Assembly: GCF_006345805.1 (NCBI RefSeq)
Contig: NC_042999.1
Span: forward strand, 149,854,001 to 149,918,000
DNA length: 64,000 bases
DNA from: Octopus sinensis
Lineage: Eukaryota
Reading direction: 5' to 3'
The position numbers and the translations under genes were made by a program. The notes beneath the pieces are model-generated. The model did no database searches and had not been told where the DNA came from. It worked only from the letters and a program-made list of their open reading frames with translations. Below, one piece after another: positions 1-11,786 of this stretch (position 1 is its first letter; every line of letters begins with the position of its first letter).

Positions 1-1616
1 TAAAAGTTATGAGGAAACAAAGCCGACTCCTGTGCATTTTCCGAAACTCCTCTCCTCATCCTCGGAAAAACTTTTTTACAGCAAATTCCGATATAATCGA
101 TATCTTCCTAATCTGAAGTGTAGTTGTAGAAAATTTCGTCAAAAAAATATCATATTTCTGAAAGTTATGAGGCTACACAGTCGGGTGGGTGCACACTTGT
201 GTAGGTATGCCACATCTACCACGCTATCTAAATATATTCACTCTTGGCCCCTTTGCTGGGGGTATATTTATGTTAGGTTATCATTGAGTGGACGACCTTC
301 AAAGCATGACATAAGGTGACTATAGATTGGCGTCTGTCAAAACATTTCGGATAAACACCCGCTTTTTGTTGTGGTTTAGCTCCAGGTTAATCAAAGGCAT
401 TCCAGTCGTGACCATTCTATATTTTTCCCCAGGAGTAGAATCCCAGGACCAAATAATCTAACATCTTTTTTTCTTTTTTGTTCTCCAAGAAGTGTTTAGA
501 GACCGGGTAGGAGATTTTTTTTTTAATTTACAGCGGCTAAGAAGTAAATAAATATCAAAAAATATATATTAAATTTGTAATTTTATGTCTACATAAATAA
601 AAGGAAATATGAAATCCCAATTCTCTCTCTCTCTCTGTATATATAATTGTTTACATCGTGAAGATGCGGGTTCGTATCCTGCGAGTAGCCTTCGATCTTT
701 TATCTGTTGAAGTGATGTTTTTTTAATCCAGTATATAAGTATATTACACGCAATTATTTATAGATAATACCCACTTCTCACTTGGAGATTCACCCTTCAA
801 AAATATTTCATGTAGTTTCTTTTCCTTCACCACATGGAACATTTTTTTTTTTAAATTTCCGAAAGATAGTAAAAGGAAGCTAATTTATTTGAATAAATTA
901 TATGTGTGTGTGTGTGTGTTTGTATGTATTCAATGTTGTTTTATTACTTGGTGTATCTCATCGTTTAATAAAGTTTGGGAAGTCGCTGTTTTAATTAAAA
1001 TAAAAACAAACTACAATTTACGAAAGTGACTGAACGGAGCGAAAATTCAAAAGGGAAAAAAAGAATCTGAAGAGATCAGTTCCTATCAACACTTTCACTA
1101 ACGATAGTAATAGATTTCTCACATAGCATTTGTAATACAAATCAAATTAATTAATAGATACGCTCGAGATATCTTAGGTAAAGAGAATGTATTGAGAGTG
1201 ACTTGAAGCAGAAAAAACATTTAAACTATTCCGGCCGCTTCACCACCATCAACAGCAACTGACCGGAATGAAAGAGATATCACACGCACCTGATATATTC
1301 CAGTAAAAAAAAAGTTGGTTTTCATCAAAATATACATTATATTTATCTAAAATTTTCAATTCACATACTAGGTTATACTTTCTTCTCTATTTTCCCTTGA
1401 TTTTTTTTATAAGACTTTAAACAGAATCACGATTAGGAGCGGCGTTGTGAAATAACAAGATATGATACATGCATAAGGTCAGAAGCTGTTGCAAGATACG
1501 AATGGAACAGGAGAATTATTTTCAATGACAAAGCTGAATGTTGATCTTAGATTAATTTACGACTATTCTAAATGCAATCATCTGGCTAATCGAAACAGAA
1601 AATGTGAACTTATTAC

Positions 1617-1670
1617 CTGCGATAAAGCAAAAGCGAGTCGGTTGACTTTGAGAAACAGGCGAGAAGCCAT
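1617..1670 (-). CDS. probable first coding exon of an unidentified gene (MASRLFLKVNRLAFALSQ)
   Basis: ATG in context AAGATGG; strong donor CAG|gtaata; CpG-rich surroundings; NRF1-type motif 50 bp upstream. Downstream exons not located. Confidence 0.5.
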
Positions 1671-1720
1671 CTTTCTAGTATAATGACCTTGCACTGAAGT
1701 CAACGAGATTGATTCAACGC

Positions 1721-1731
1721 TGCGCATGCGC
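1721..1731. promoter_or_regulatory. NRF1-type palindromic motif TGCGCATGCGC
   Basis: Exact match to the known consensus, just upstream of the candidate ATG exon. Confidence 0.5.
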
Positions 1732-2515
1732 TTAAGTCTTTTCTCATTTCCCCGCAAACCCGGCTCTGTTTAACCACAGGTGTCATGACAGAAGCCTCTA
1801 GGTGGTCGCTTGATCTGTTAGAAATAGCAGTGAAATCTTCCACTTTTCAAACTATTATCTTTCATGATAATAATAAAAAACCAGAATGGACGCATGGCTA
1901 ATATGGTTCTAGGTTTCCTACGTCCTTGCACACAGAAAAAAGATGGTCACGGCTGGAATGCCTTTGATCATACGTTTGCTTGATTAGGACTAACCTGGAG
2001 TTAAAGGATTAAACAACACCTGAATAGTCACAGTCAACGAGGATGCGTCTGCCTCTATGTGGTCACTCAATTTGCAAAAAATAGCAGCCAAATTTTCCAC
2101 AAATCACAATTATTGTCTTAAAAGAGATATCCTGGATAATGTAGTCATTGGTTTATCGCGCATAAGAAAAATTGGGGATGATCACGGTTGGGGTGTCTTT
2201 GATGATGAAGTTGATCAACGAGGGCTCATCTGCAGTTAAACAGCAGCATCAACACAACAATCAATATGCTTTTATGTGGCCAATCTATCTGCTAGAAATA
2301 GCAACGAAATCTCCCATACATTGCAATCTATTGTATTGAAAATAGTGGTGTGGATAACATGATTTGGGGTTCCCTGCATACAGACAGAAAAAATGGGATG
2401 GCTACGGTTGGAATACCCTTGATTATAAGTTTGCTGATCTCGAGATAAAAACAATAACAATAACTGTTCAATGGTCATAGAAATAATAATGGCCTTATTA
2501 CATAGTGTGCCCAAG

Positions 2516-2765
2516 TCATCATCATCATCGTTTAACGTCCGCTTTCCATGCTAGCATGGGTTGGACGGTTCAACTGGGGTCTGGGAAGCCAGAAGGCTGC
2601 ACCAGGCCCAGTCTGATCTGGCAGTGTTTCTACAGCTGGATGCCCTTCCTAACGCCAACCATTCCGTGAGTGTAGTGGGAGCTTTTTACATGCCACCGGC
2701 ACAGGTGCCAGATGAGGCTGGCAATGGCCACGAAAGGATGGTGCGTTTTACGTGCCACCGGCACA
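2516..2765 (-). mobile_element. SINE-like repeat with RTE-type 3' end and (ATG)n tail
   Basis: Family recurs across the window, e.g. ~9849-10035, 11268-11460, 12655-13085, 28587-28758, 32110-32295, 32723-32892, 35195-35478, 45900-46030. Confidence 0.75.
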
Positions 2766-4148
2766 GAAGTGTACAACAATTATCATTTCTCCTATATACT
2801 CAAGAGTTGTAGTGCTCAGGTGCACTACAGCTCATTAGAAAAGTATAAAAGAGGGCACAGAACTCAGCAACAACTCAAGTAAAGAAAGTCAGCAATGATA
2901 ACTGAAAGATCTGGTCACTATAAGTATCAAAGAAACACACCTACACCGATACAGAATATAGCTAAAAGTCTTCACAAACCTAATAAATGCCAAGCCTCAG
3001 TCTCCGATCACCTTTCCAAGAGAACACGACAATCAACAATAGTCACAACTGCATCTCATTAACTAGACTTCCTATTCAAAGCTAGAAATACTTCAACCAC
3101 AAGCAGTTGCTCACTTTGCAATGTACAAATATGATCCTTACTAGAGTACTGCTCGCATCTAAGATGGAGTAGCTACAATGCACTCTAGTATTCTAGATCA
3201 AACTCTAAACTGTCATAAAAGTCCTTAAACTCATTAATATATTACAGCCTCTAACACATAGTGTTTTAGCATGGATACCACCAAAACATGAGGTAAACAC
3301 TGCATTTCCTGGAAAAATTCAAAGGCAGAAAATTCTTCAGACAAAGCAGAAAGCTCTTGAGATGGGATCACCAATAAACTCAGTGTTTATGGAACAAGAG
3401 GGGTGCAAAATTTAAGAAGCAACTTGTTGGAATATACATGTCTGTGAGGAGACATAAACAAGAATAACAAAAATCTACTATACCAAAAGAACTGGTAAGG
3501 CATACATTACAAGTGTTCTATGAAGAGAACATAAGATTGCTGCATAATTCAACATGAATGTGAAACAACATTAAACATCGCATAAGGTAAATGAAGGTTT
3601 CTCGAGGAATGCTAAGTCATATTCACTTAGTGAGTTTACATATGTGAGGGTGAATTATGATGTTGTTGTCAGCATTAGATGCAGTAAGAGCTAGTTGCAG
3701 CAATATTGGCAGTGATGAATTTCATTGTGTCATAACATGGAGAAGGCAAGCAATAACTTCCTGGTAGCAAGCTAAGCGGAGATAAACTGACCTATTTAAG
3801 GAAATTGCTAGGCTCCACAAAGATATGGAAGGTTTTTCCGCCAAGAGAACATGTGATCCATTTGAACACACCAGGTAGTTTGGCATAATTATTTAAGGGA
3901 CAAATTGTGCCTAAAAACTAACCAATCAGAGCAAATGGTTAAAAAAATGATCTTCATAGCTAAGTGTTCTCTGCTATGTCCAAACAACAACTATAAATAA
4001 AAGGGAGAGAGAATAGTTTGTCATTTATGCTTTTGTCAATCCATTCTGCTACAGTGTCTTTCAATCTCTTCTACTGCTACAACAAAAACTCCATCTCCTT
4101 TAAACAACAAACTGTGTATCACTTCTGCACCCAGTTTCCTCTCATCCA

Positions 4149-4372
4149 TTAACCCTATAGCATTTAAACCAGCCATATCCAGCCAAAATATTCTACTTGT
4201 TTTATATTCAGGCCAGCTAGATCTGGCTTCTCATACCTTACCTTACCATGTCATTCTAAAAATACTCTATTACATCATCAAAATCTCAAAGCTATGAGAT
4301 AATGAATGATAAGTTTAAAACAGTATGAATAAGCGTTACATTTACTGAATAATCTGAGTGCTAAAAGGTTAA
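4149..4372. mobile_element. piggyBac-like MITE
   Basis: TTAA at both ends; imperfect TIRs ccctatagcatt / agtgctaaaagg; non-coding; 224 bp. Confidence 0.7.
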
Positions 4373-4376
4373 AGCC

Positions 4377-4794
4377 TGTAGTGATGCTACTGTGTAAGGT
4401 TCAGCGCGCATGCGCAGAATGGGACTACTTCCGGGTGGCCACCGGAAGTCTTCCCCATGCGCATGTGCGGGAAACTGACCCCTAAGGCCCAGTCAACTCG
4501 ATCACTCTCTCTGGCCATTTCAGCCCTCGTGAACAGACGTGCATTTGGTAGTCTCTGATAACTACGCCGACTTAGCTGCGGACGACATCGAATCACTTCA
4601 ACCAACCAACAAGAAGCTGTACAACAGATTCGGCTGTCGTTTTCCCTTCAGAAATACGTACACCATCACGAATAATAAACGACACTGCTGTCTTTCCCAG
4701 ATAACCTGACTTCGTCTGTTATATTTAACTAAATTGAATGTGACGGGATCGGATCGACACCCCTTCAGTGATACCGATTCCAGATCCTGTTACA
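4377..4794 (+). repeat. 5' LTR (418 bp)
   Basis: tgtagtgat...cctgttaca; differs from the 3' LTR by 3 substitutions and 1 indel on my alignment. Confidence 0.97.
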
Positions 4795-4796
4795 AT

Positions 4797-4806
4797 TGGT
4801 GACCCC
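4797..4806 (+). promoter_or_regulatory. primer binding site, tRNA-Trp
   Basis: TGGTGACCCC 2 nt after the LTR; complementary to the eukaryotic tRNA-Trp 3' end (…GGGGUCACCA). Confidence 0.85.
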
Positions 4807-5169
4807 AAGTAAAAAAAAAAAAAAAGAACAGAAGACGCAGCGAACAGGTTTTGCCAGTTAGAGCACTGAACACTCAGTTTTCACTTTCATTTTTCTTTTC
4901 CTTTCAGGACGGCGAAGGTGCGTACAAACAAAAGTTTTATTCATCGAACTCAGTACACTGAAAAAAAAAAAAGAAACAAGCACACATTATTTTTTTTTCT
5001 TTTCTGTACCTTTTGTTTTTCCTTTGTGCACACACACACTTATTCTTTACTACCCACGAGGTTCACACACACACACACACCAGTACACAAAACACGATTT
5101 TTGATTTGCTTTGTTAGTTCCACGTGTTCTCCACTTCTCGTTCATACCTTCTGCCCCTTTCTGACAAAC

Positions 5170-5918
5170 ATGGCTGCATCAGGTTTGCCTTCATTCACAG
5201 GGGATGCGGGTCTGTGGCTTGCCCAGGTGGAGTCGCATTTTGCCGCACATGCCGTTCCTCCACAGCAGCAGTTGCATCTGCTATATTCGAGTTTGCCTTC
5301 CCGACTCGCCACATCGGTCAGGGATCTCATAATGAGTCCCCACCCTGACGCCACATATGCGTCAGTAAAGGCCGAAATCCTCCGCCACAACATGCGGTCG
5401 GAGGAGAGTCAATTCAATGAGCTGATGGCCGACGAACAGTTGGGGGACAGGACTCCATCCCAGTTCCTGCGCACCTAAAGGAGCTAAGCGGCAACACAGC
5501 AGACGCGCCACTCTTACGGAAGATATTCTTCTCCAGGCTGCCTGCCCACGTGCAGACAATGTTGGCCACGGCACTGGAGTCTGTGTCAGTAGACCAGATT
5601 TCCACGATGGCCGACAAAATATTAGAATTTTCGGGACCATCTCCATCGCGGGGCCTGTACGCATGTACAGAGCCCCCTCGGACACCTTCTCCGACGAAAA
5701 ATTCATTAGCCGAGAAGATCGATGCGCTTACGCAGCGAATCGATGATCTGTGCCGTGCGATCGGGCGCCAACCTCGCAGTCGTAGTTGCAGTGGCTCTGT
5801 TTCCCGTAGTCGGAGTGACTCTATTTCTTGTTCCAGCTGGTGCTGGTACCATTCAAAGTATGCCGAAAAGGCAGAACGGTGTACCCAGCCGTGCACTTTC
5901 CAGCCCTCGGGAAACTAA
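5170..5918 (+). pseudogene. gag: gag, interrupted by a 1-bp deletion near 5473
   Basis: MAASGLPSF..WLAQVESHF..GDRTPSQFLR in frame 1 continues as [33 protein letters not shown] in frame 3 (C-X2-H-X9-C-X3-C). Confidence 0.9.
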
Positions 5919-8900
5919 ATCCGGAGGAGGTGAGCACGTCACCTTCTTCCTTCTCATTTCCCAAAAATCGTACGTTCATTGTAAAAGATCTGGTGTCGAA
6001 GAAATTCTTCATGGTGGACACCGGCTCTTGTTGCAGCATCTGGCCCCTTCGTCTGACTGCAGACAAGCCCAAGCGCTCTTCAATTGTCTTGCATGCCATT
6101 GACTCGTCTCCCATAACCACCTTCGGTCAGATTTCGCTGCGCCTCAACCTTCATCGAGATTTTCAATGGGTTTTCGTCATCGCTGACATCCCGCATCCTA
6201 TTCTCGGCGCTGATTTCTTGGATAGGTTTAATCTATTGGTGGATGTCAGGCGTCGGAGGCTTGATAGCACGACGTCGCTCTCTACGCCGACTGAGAGTTC
6301 CACCAATGCGGTCCTTAGCCCGACATTCTTTGTTGCCACCTATGGAGACGCTTTTCACTCTCTTTTGGCTTCATTTCCGGAGCTAGTGGACATTGCCTTT
6401 CAACCGGAAAAGCCTACCCACTCGACACTCCATTTTATCACCACCACTGGGCCGCCTGTATTTTCGCGCCCACGGCGCCTTGCGCCTGACCGACTGAAAA
6501 TGGCTAGGGCCAAGTTTGAGCACATGCTTCAACTTGGCCTTATACGCCCCTCCACCAGCCCATGGGCGTCTCCCCTTCATTTGGCGCAAAAGGGTGAGTC
6601 TGATTTTCGCCCGGTAGGAGACTATCGACGCCTCAATGCCGTAACACTAGCCGAAAGATATCCAATCAGAAATCTACAGGACTTTACGGCAAATCTCCAT
6701 GGTTGTACCATTTTTTCGAAGGTCGACCTTATACGCGCGTACCATCAAATACCGGTCAACCCAGCCGACGTTCCGAAAACTGCAATCACTACCCCTTTTG
6801 GGTGTTTTGAGTTTTTGTATATGAGTTTCGGTTTGCGGAATGCTACTAGCACTTTCCAGCGTTTCATTGATGAGGTTGTCTGCGGTCTTGATTTTGTGTT
6901 TGCCTATGTCGATGATATACTCATTGCGAGCGACACACGTGAAAATCATCTCCAGCACCTTTCTCAGCTTTTTCAGCGTCTTCGCGCTTATAGTATACGT
7001 ATAAATCCCGATAAGTGTGTTTTCGGACGCTCTTCTCTAGATTTTCTAGGCCATCATATTGATTCGAGTGGAATCAGCCCCCTGTCGTCAAAGGTCGATG
7101 CCATTCAACGCATCGCACCCCCCACTTCCTTGCGCCAGCTCAGGCATTATCTAGGGATGATCAATTTCTACAGACGTTTTATTCCCGGTTGTGCAGATAA
7201 GCTACTTCCTCTCACCAGGCTATTAAAGAACACTCCTAGAAAGGACGGTCAAGTCACCCTCTCTGTTGAGGCACTGACAGCCTTTGAGTCCATTAAGAAG
7301 GAGCTGGCTTCTGTTTCTTTGCTTGCACATCCGGTTCCTGGTGCTTCTCTCTCTTTGACTGTAGACGCATCGGACACTGCGATTGGCGCTGTGTTACAAC
7401 ACACAGTGGATGATCATATTCGACCTCTGACTTTCTTTTCCCGCCAACTGCAACCAGCTGAACGACGATACAGCACCTTTGATCGTGAGCTCCTAGCGAT
7501 CTATCTATCGGTTCGTCATTTCCAGCATCAACTCGAAGGGCGAGATTTTGTGATCTATACGGATCACAAGCCCCTTACGTTTGCCCTGTGTTCAAAAACG
7601 GACAAACTCTCGCCTCGTGCTTTCCGGCACCTGGATTTTATCTCTCAATTCACTAGTAACATTCGACACATACCTGGAAAAGAGAACGTTCCTGCTGACG
7701 CTCTCTCTCACCTTCAAGTCTGCGCCCTTTTGTCTCCTGCTGCTATCGACTTAACTGCCATCTCGCAGGAGCAGCCACCTTTGGCGTCGTTAGACTTAAC
7801 TTCTCCCAAGTTCTCCTGTTGCCAGTTTTCCTACCTTCCGCTTCCGTCAGCCGAAGGCACCATTCTCTGTGATACTTCCACTGGTTCTCCCAGGCCACTC
7901 GTGCCTGAGAATCATCAACGCTCTGTGTTTGAAGCACTGCACTCCTTATCACTTCCTGGCATTGCTGCCACCCTTAAGCTGATCACTGCTCGGTTTTTCT
8001 GGCCGAATATGCGTCGCACTATTACTTCTTGGACATGCACCTGCTCCAAGTGTCAACGGTCCAAGATTCAACGGCACGTTCGTGCCCCGCTTGGACATTT
8101 TCCCCCAACGGAGGCCCGTTTTCGCCATGTCCATATCGATCTGGTTGGACCATGGCCTGTGAGTCGCGGGTTTTCTTATCTGTTAACTTGTGTCGATCGT
8201 TTCTCCCGCTGGCCAGAAGCCATTCCGATAGCAGACATTTCTGCTGAGACTGTTGCGCGAGGCTTCGTTTCAAACTGGATTTCCCGTTTCGGAGTCCCGT
8301 CCAGATTGACTACTGATCGTGGACGTCAGTTTGAAGCTTCGCTATTTCGCGAATTGTCGCGCATTTTAGGTGTGCATCATATCCACACTACCAGCTATCA
8401 TCCAGCGTCTAATGGATTAGTTGAACGGTTCCATAGACAGCTCAAGGCCGCTCTTCGTGCCTCTTCAGATCCACAGTCCTGGATTGAATTTCTGCCAATT
8501 GTGCTTCTCCGTTGTCGGACTGCTGTCAAGGCAGACCTGGGGTTTTCTTCTGCAGAGCTACTGTATGGTACCACACTGACATTGCCTGGTACGATGTTGG
8601 TGCCAGACACTTCCCAGCCCCATGATCCGGCGACCTATGTCGCCAGACTGCGTTCATATTTCTCGAATCTTCCACCCGTGGTTCCCAGGAAACAATCTCC
8701 ACCATCCCATCTCCCACCGGATATGGACACTTGGTCGCATGTTTTTGTTTGGGACGACTCTGTCAAGGGACCACTTGTTTCTCCCTATAAAGGACCTTTC
8801 CGTGTGCTTTCTCGCACACCTAAGGTTTTCACTATTGAAATAAATAGTCATTCGGAGACCGTTTCCGTGGACGACTGAAGAAAGCATACTTTGAGACGTC

Positions 8901-9117
8901 TTCATCTTTTGATGACAACCTTGCCACACCCACCTATGCACCTTTAACAACACCTTCACCTGCAAAAACACCTTCACCTGCACAAATACTTTTGCCTTCA
9001 CCGGCTCCTACAACACCACCTTCGCCGTCAACGGGTGCCCCGAGCACACCGTATATTACAAGATCGGGCAGAACAGTGCATTGGCCCAAGAAACTTTCAA
9101 AGACAATTTATCTTTAA
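5909..9117 (+). CDS. pol: pol polyprotein (protease, RT, RNase H, integrase), reached by -1 frameshift; C-terminus shifted by a 1-bp deletion near 8872
   Basis: VDTGS protease; YVDD RT; DASD RNase H; integrase IDLVGP/TDRGRQF/VERFH. Restoring one C extends VDRLKKAY…[10 protein letters not shown] to TAA at 9115-9117. Confidence 0.93.
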
Positions 9118-9238
9118 CTTTCTTTCAAATTTCTTGTTTTTGTATGATATTATGTACCAAATCTTCTGGGGGATCGGCAAGCCATCTGTTTTTCTGCAGC
9201 ACCACTACAAATTTTCTTGTTTTCGTACTTCCGCACTC

Positions 9239-9247
9239 GAGGGGGAG
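9239..9247 (+). promoter_or_regulatory. polypurine tract
   Basis: GAGGGGGAG, 3 nt before the 3' LTR. Confidence 0.85.
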
Positions 9248-9250
9248 CCA

Positions 9251-9667
9251 TGTAGTGATGCTACTGTGTAAGGTTCAGCGGGCATGCGCAGAATCGGACT
9301 ACTTCCGGGTGGCCACCGGAAGTCTTCCCCATGCGCATGTGCGGAAACTGACCCCTAAGGCCCAGTCAACTCGATCACTCTCTCTGGCCATTTCAGCCCT
9401 CGTGAACAGACGTGCATTTGGTAGTCTCTGATAACTACGCCGACTTAGCTGCGGACGACATCGAATCACTTCAACCAACCAACAAGAAGCTGTACAACAG
9501 ATTCGGCTGTCGTTTTCCCTTCAGAAATACGTACACCATCACGAATAATAAACGACACTGCTGTCTTTCCCAGATAACCTGACTTCATCTGTTATATTTA
9601 ACTAAATTGAATGTGACGGGATCGGATCGACACCCCTTCAGTGATACCGATTCCAGATCCTGTTACA
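9251..9667 (+). repeat. 3' LTR (417 bp)
   Basis: Direct repeat of 4377-4794. Confidence 0.97.
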
Positions 9668-11120
9668 TGCCCATGTGAACAGAGACCTTAAAAATATCTT
9701 CTAGTGCCAACATAACAATCTATTCACATCTAACAAAACCAAAAGAAACACTCTACAACAATGCTGTATAGGACTAAAATCTTCATAAACTTTATAAATG
9801 CTAGGACTCACTCTCTGATCATCTTTTCTAGGGACTCTGTAACTATGTAACCATCATCATCATTTAACATCTGCTTTCCATGCTGACATTGGTTGTATCG
9901 TTTGACTGAAAACTGATAAGCTGGTGGGGGCTGCATCAGGCTCCAATCTGATTTGGCAAGGTGTCTATGGCTAGATGCCCTTCTTAATGCCAACCACTTC
10001 GAGAGTGTAGTGGGTGTTTTTTACATGTCACCGGCACCATTTAAAGTAAACTCTTCCATACTAAGGATGCTGCTGTACTTCATCTCTGCATGCAGGAGTC
10101 AGTGTCTCATCAGGCAGTGCAGCAGCTCTGTAAGTGTTTCGACCCCTTCGACTGCAACACCAGAGCTGCCTGAGGCCACCCATTGTTGTAGGTGACAAAA
10201 CTCCTACCCAACAGCCTAACCTTTGTAGAGTCAGATATTTCAACTCTGGGTCAGATGTCTTCATCATTCCCAATGCTCAAACTTACTGCACCACTCATCC
10301 TCTCTCTTACGCCAAAGCTTCCCGTTTATGTGACACAAAAACACAGCAAAAGATTATTATTGTTATTAATAAGAGAAAAAAAGCATAACTTTATTCAGTT
10401 CTTCATTTATTGACATATTTAGTTCAATTTTACTTCATCAGAAGAGTAACTCTTTCAATGTCCATATTTGTTATTGTTGTTTAGTGTCAGTTCAGTCTTG
10501 ATTTAACTGTTGTAATCATCCAGACAACTACAAGGTGTGATGATTTATCCTTCTTTATTTACGGTTTGTTAAAGCTTTGGATAGAATGCTTCATATTTTC
10601 TCCAATTCTAAGGCAGTGAGCTGGCAGAATTGCTAGCATGCCAAGAAAAATGCTTGGCAGTATTTTGTCTATCTTTATGTTCTAAGTTCAAATTCCACAG
10701 AGGTCAACTTCATCCTTTTGGTATCAATTAAATAAGTACTAGTCGAGCAATAGGGTCAATGAAATCAACTTACCCCCTCCCCACAAATCACTTGCTTTAT
10801 ATCAAAATTTGAAACTGATATTTGCGCTTACTCTCTATTCTCAATTCAAACCTTGCTGAGGTCAACTTTACCTCTCATCTTTTTGAGGAGTGATAAACTG
10901 TACCAAACCAAAGAAGTGGAGATGTTAGAGGGTCAAACAGAATGCCTTATGTTATCTGTTCTGTCCATTTATGTTCTGAGAGCAATGTTGACACTGGTAC
11001 CAAGCTGTACTGGCCCTAAAACAGCAACCTTTTCCAAGGGCAACACATCGGTGATATGGAGAGGGAAGAGCTGCATAAGTAAGAAAAAGCCAGTCTTCCA
11101 CTCATTGTCATCAGTACAAC

Positions 11121-11158
11121 CACCATCACCATCATCACCACCATCATCATCACCAACA

Positions 11159-11200
<42 letters not shown>

Positions 11201-11203
11201 TCG

Positions 11204-11267
<64 letters not shown>
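11121..11267. repeat. compound (CAC/CGT/CAT)n trinucleotide microsatellite, expanded SINE tail
   Basis: Directly visible; abuts the SINE-like repeat starting ~11268. Confidence 0.95.
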
Positions 11268-11786
11268 TTAACATTAATGCTCTATGCTGGCATGGGTCGG
11301 ATGTTTTGACAGGATCTGATGGGTCCAAGGATTGCATCATACTTCAGTGTCTGCTTTGGCATGGTTTCTTTAGTTAGGTGCCTTTTCTAATACCAACCAC
11401 TTTACAATGTACACTGGATGCCTTTTTTCATACTACCAGCCCTTGTGAGGTCACCAGGCAGCATACAAGGCTATGAGCTCTGAGGGAGCAACTTTGTGCA
11501 AGGAGATAAGGAGCAAAAGACGGCTGAAAGTATAAGAGAAGGAGCCAGAACAGAACAGATTTCTTGCTGTAGAGGAGCTACATTATTACACACATTTTAG
11601 AAGAGAGGATGGGAGTGATTGAGTAGAGCCAAAGAGTGAAGTGAGAGTAGGAAATGTCTGACAGTGCTGAGCAGTAGAAAGGTACTGATGAAACACACAC
11701 ACACACACAAATCCCTGCCCAGACCTGCAAAGTCCTGATCAATGGAATCTCACAGAGCTAACATAATGTATGAGTGAAATAAAAAA

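Larger units (their letters stand above)
4377..9667 (+). mobile_element. full-length Ty3/Gypsy LTR retrotransposon, CsRn1-like clade (5291 bp)
   Basis: TG..CA LTRs, PBS, PPT, gag-pol in order PR-RT-RH-IN. Flanks agcc / tgcc form a 4-bp TSD with one mismatch. Confidence 0.97.

Noticed and set aside
662-700. tRNA-like B-box ggttcgtatcc
   Set aside because: No cloverleaf or A-box; probably a SINE remnant.
1215-1290. Possible exon 2 of the gene starting at 1670 (VRVISLSFRSVAVDGGEAAGIV)
   Set aside because: Hits a stop with no convincing donor; not supportable without RNA data.
4918-5169. N-terminal extension of gag in ORF 4918-5478
   Set aside because: Starts at a non-ATG codon and runs through A-tracts and CA repeats of the leader; the real gag start is the ATG at 5170.
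5828-5908. ORF-track start of the 1016-aa pol
   Set aside because: Overlaps the gag zinc knuckle in another frame; pol is better explained by the -1 frameshift at 5909-5915.
5124-9431. Many antisense and off-frame ORFs over the retrotransposon
   Set aside because: Expected shadows of a GC-richer coding sequence; no recognisable motifs.
10853-11377. ORFs with poly-Ser, poly-Asp and poly-Met tracts (10853-11377, 10969-11340, 11016-11267)
   Set aside because: They are translations of a (CAT/CGT)n microsatellite at a SINE tail; no splice or domain support.
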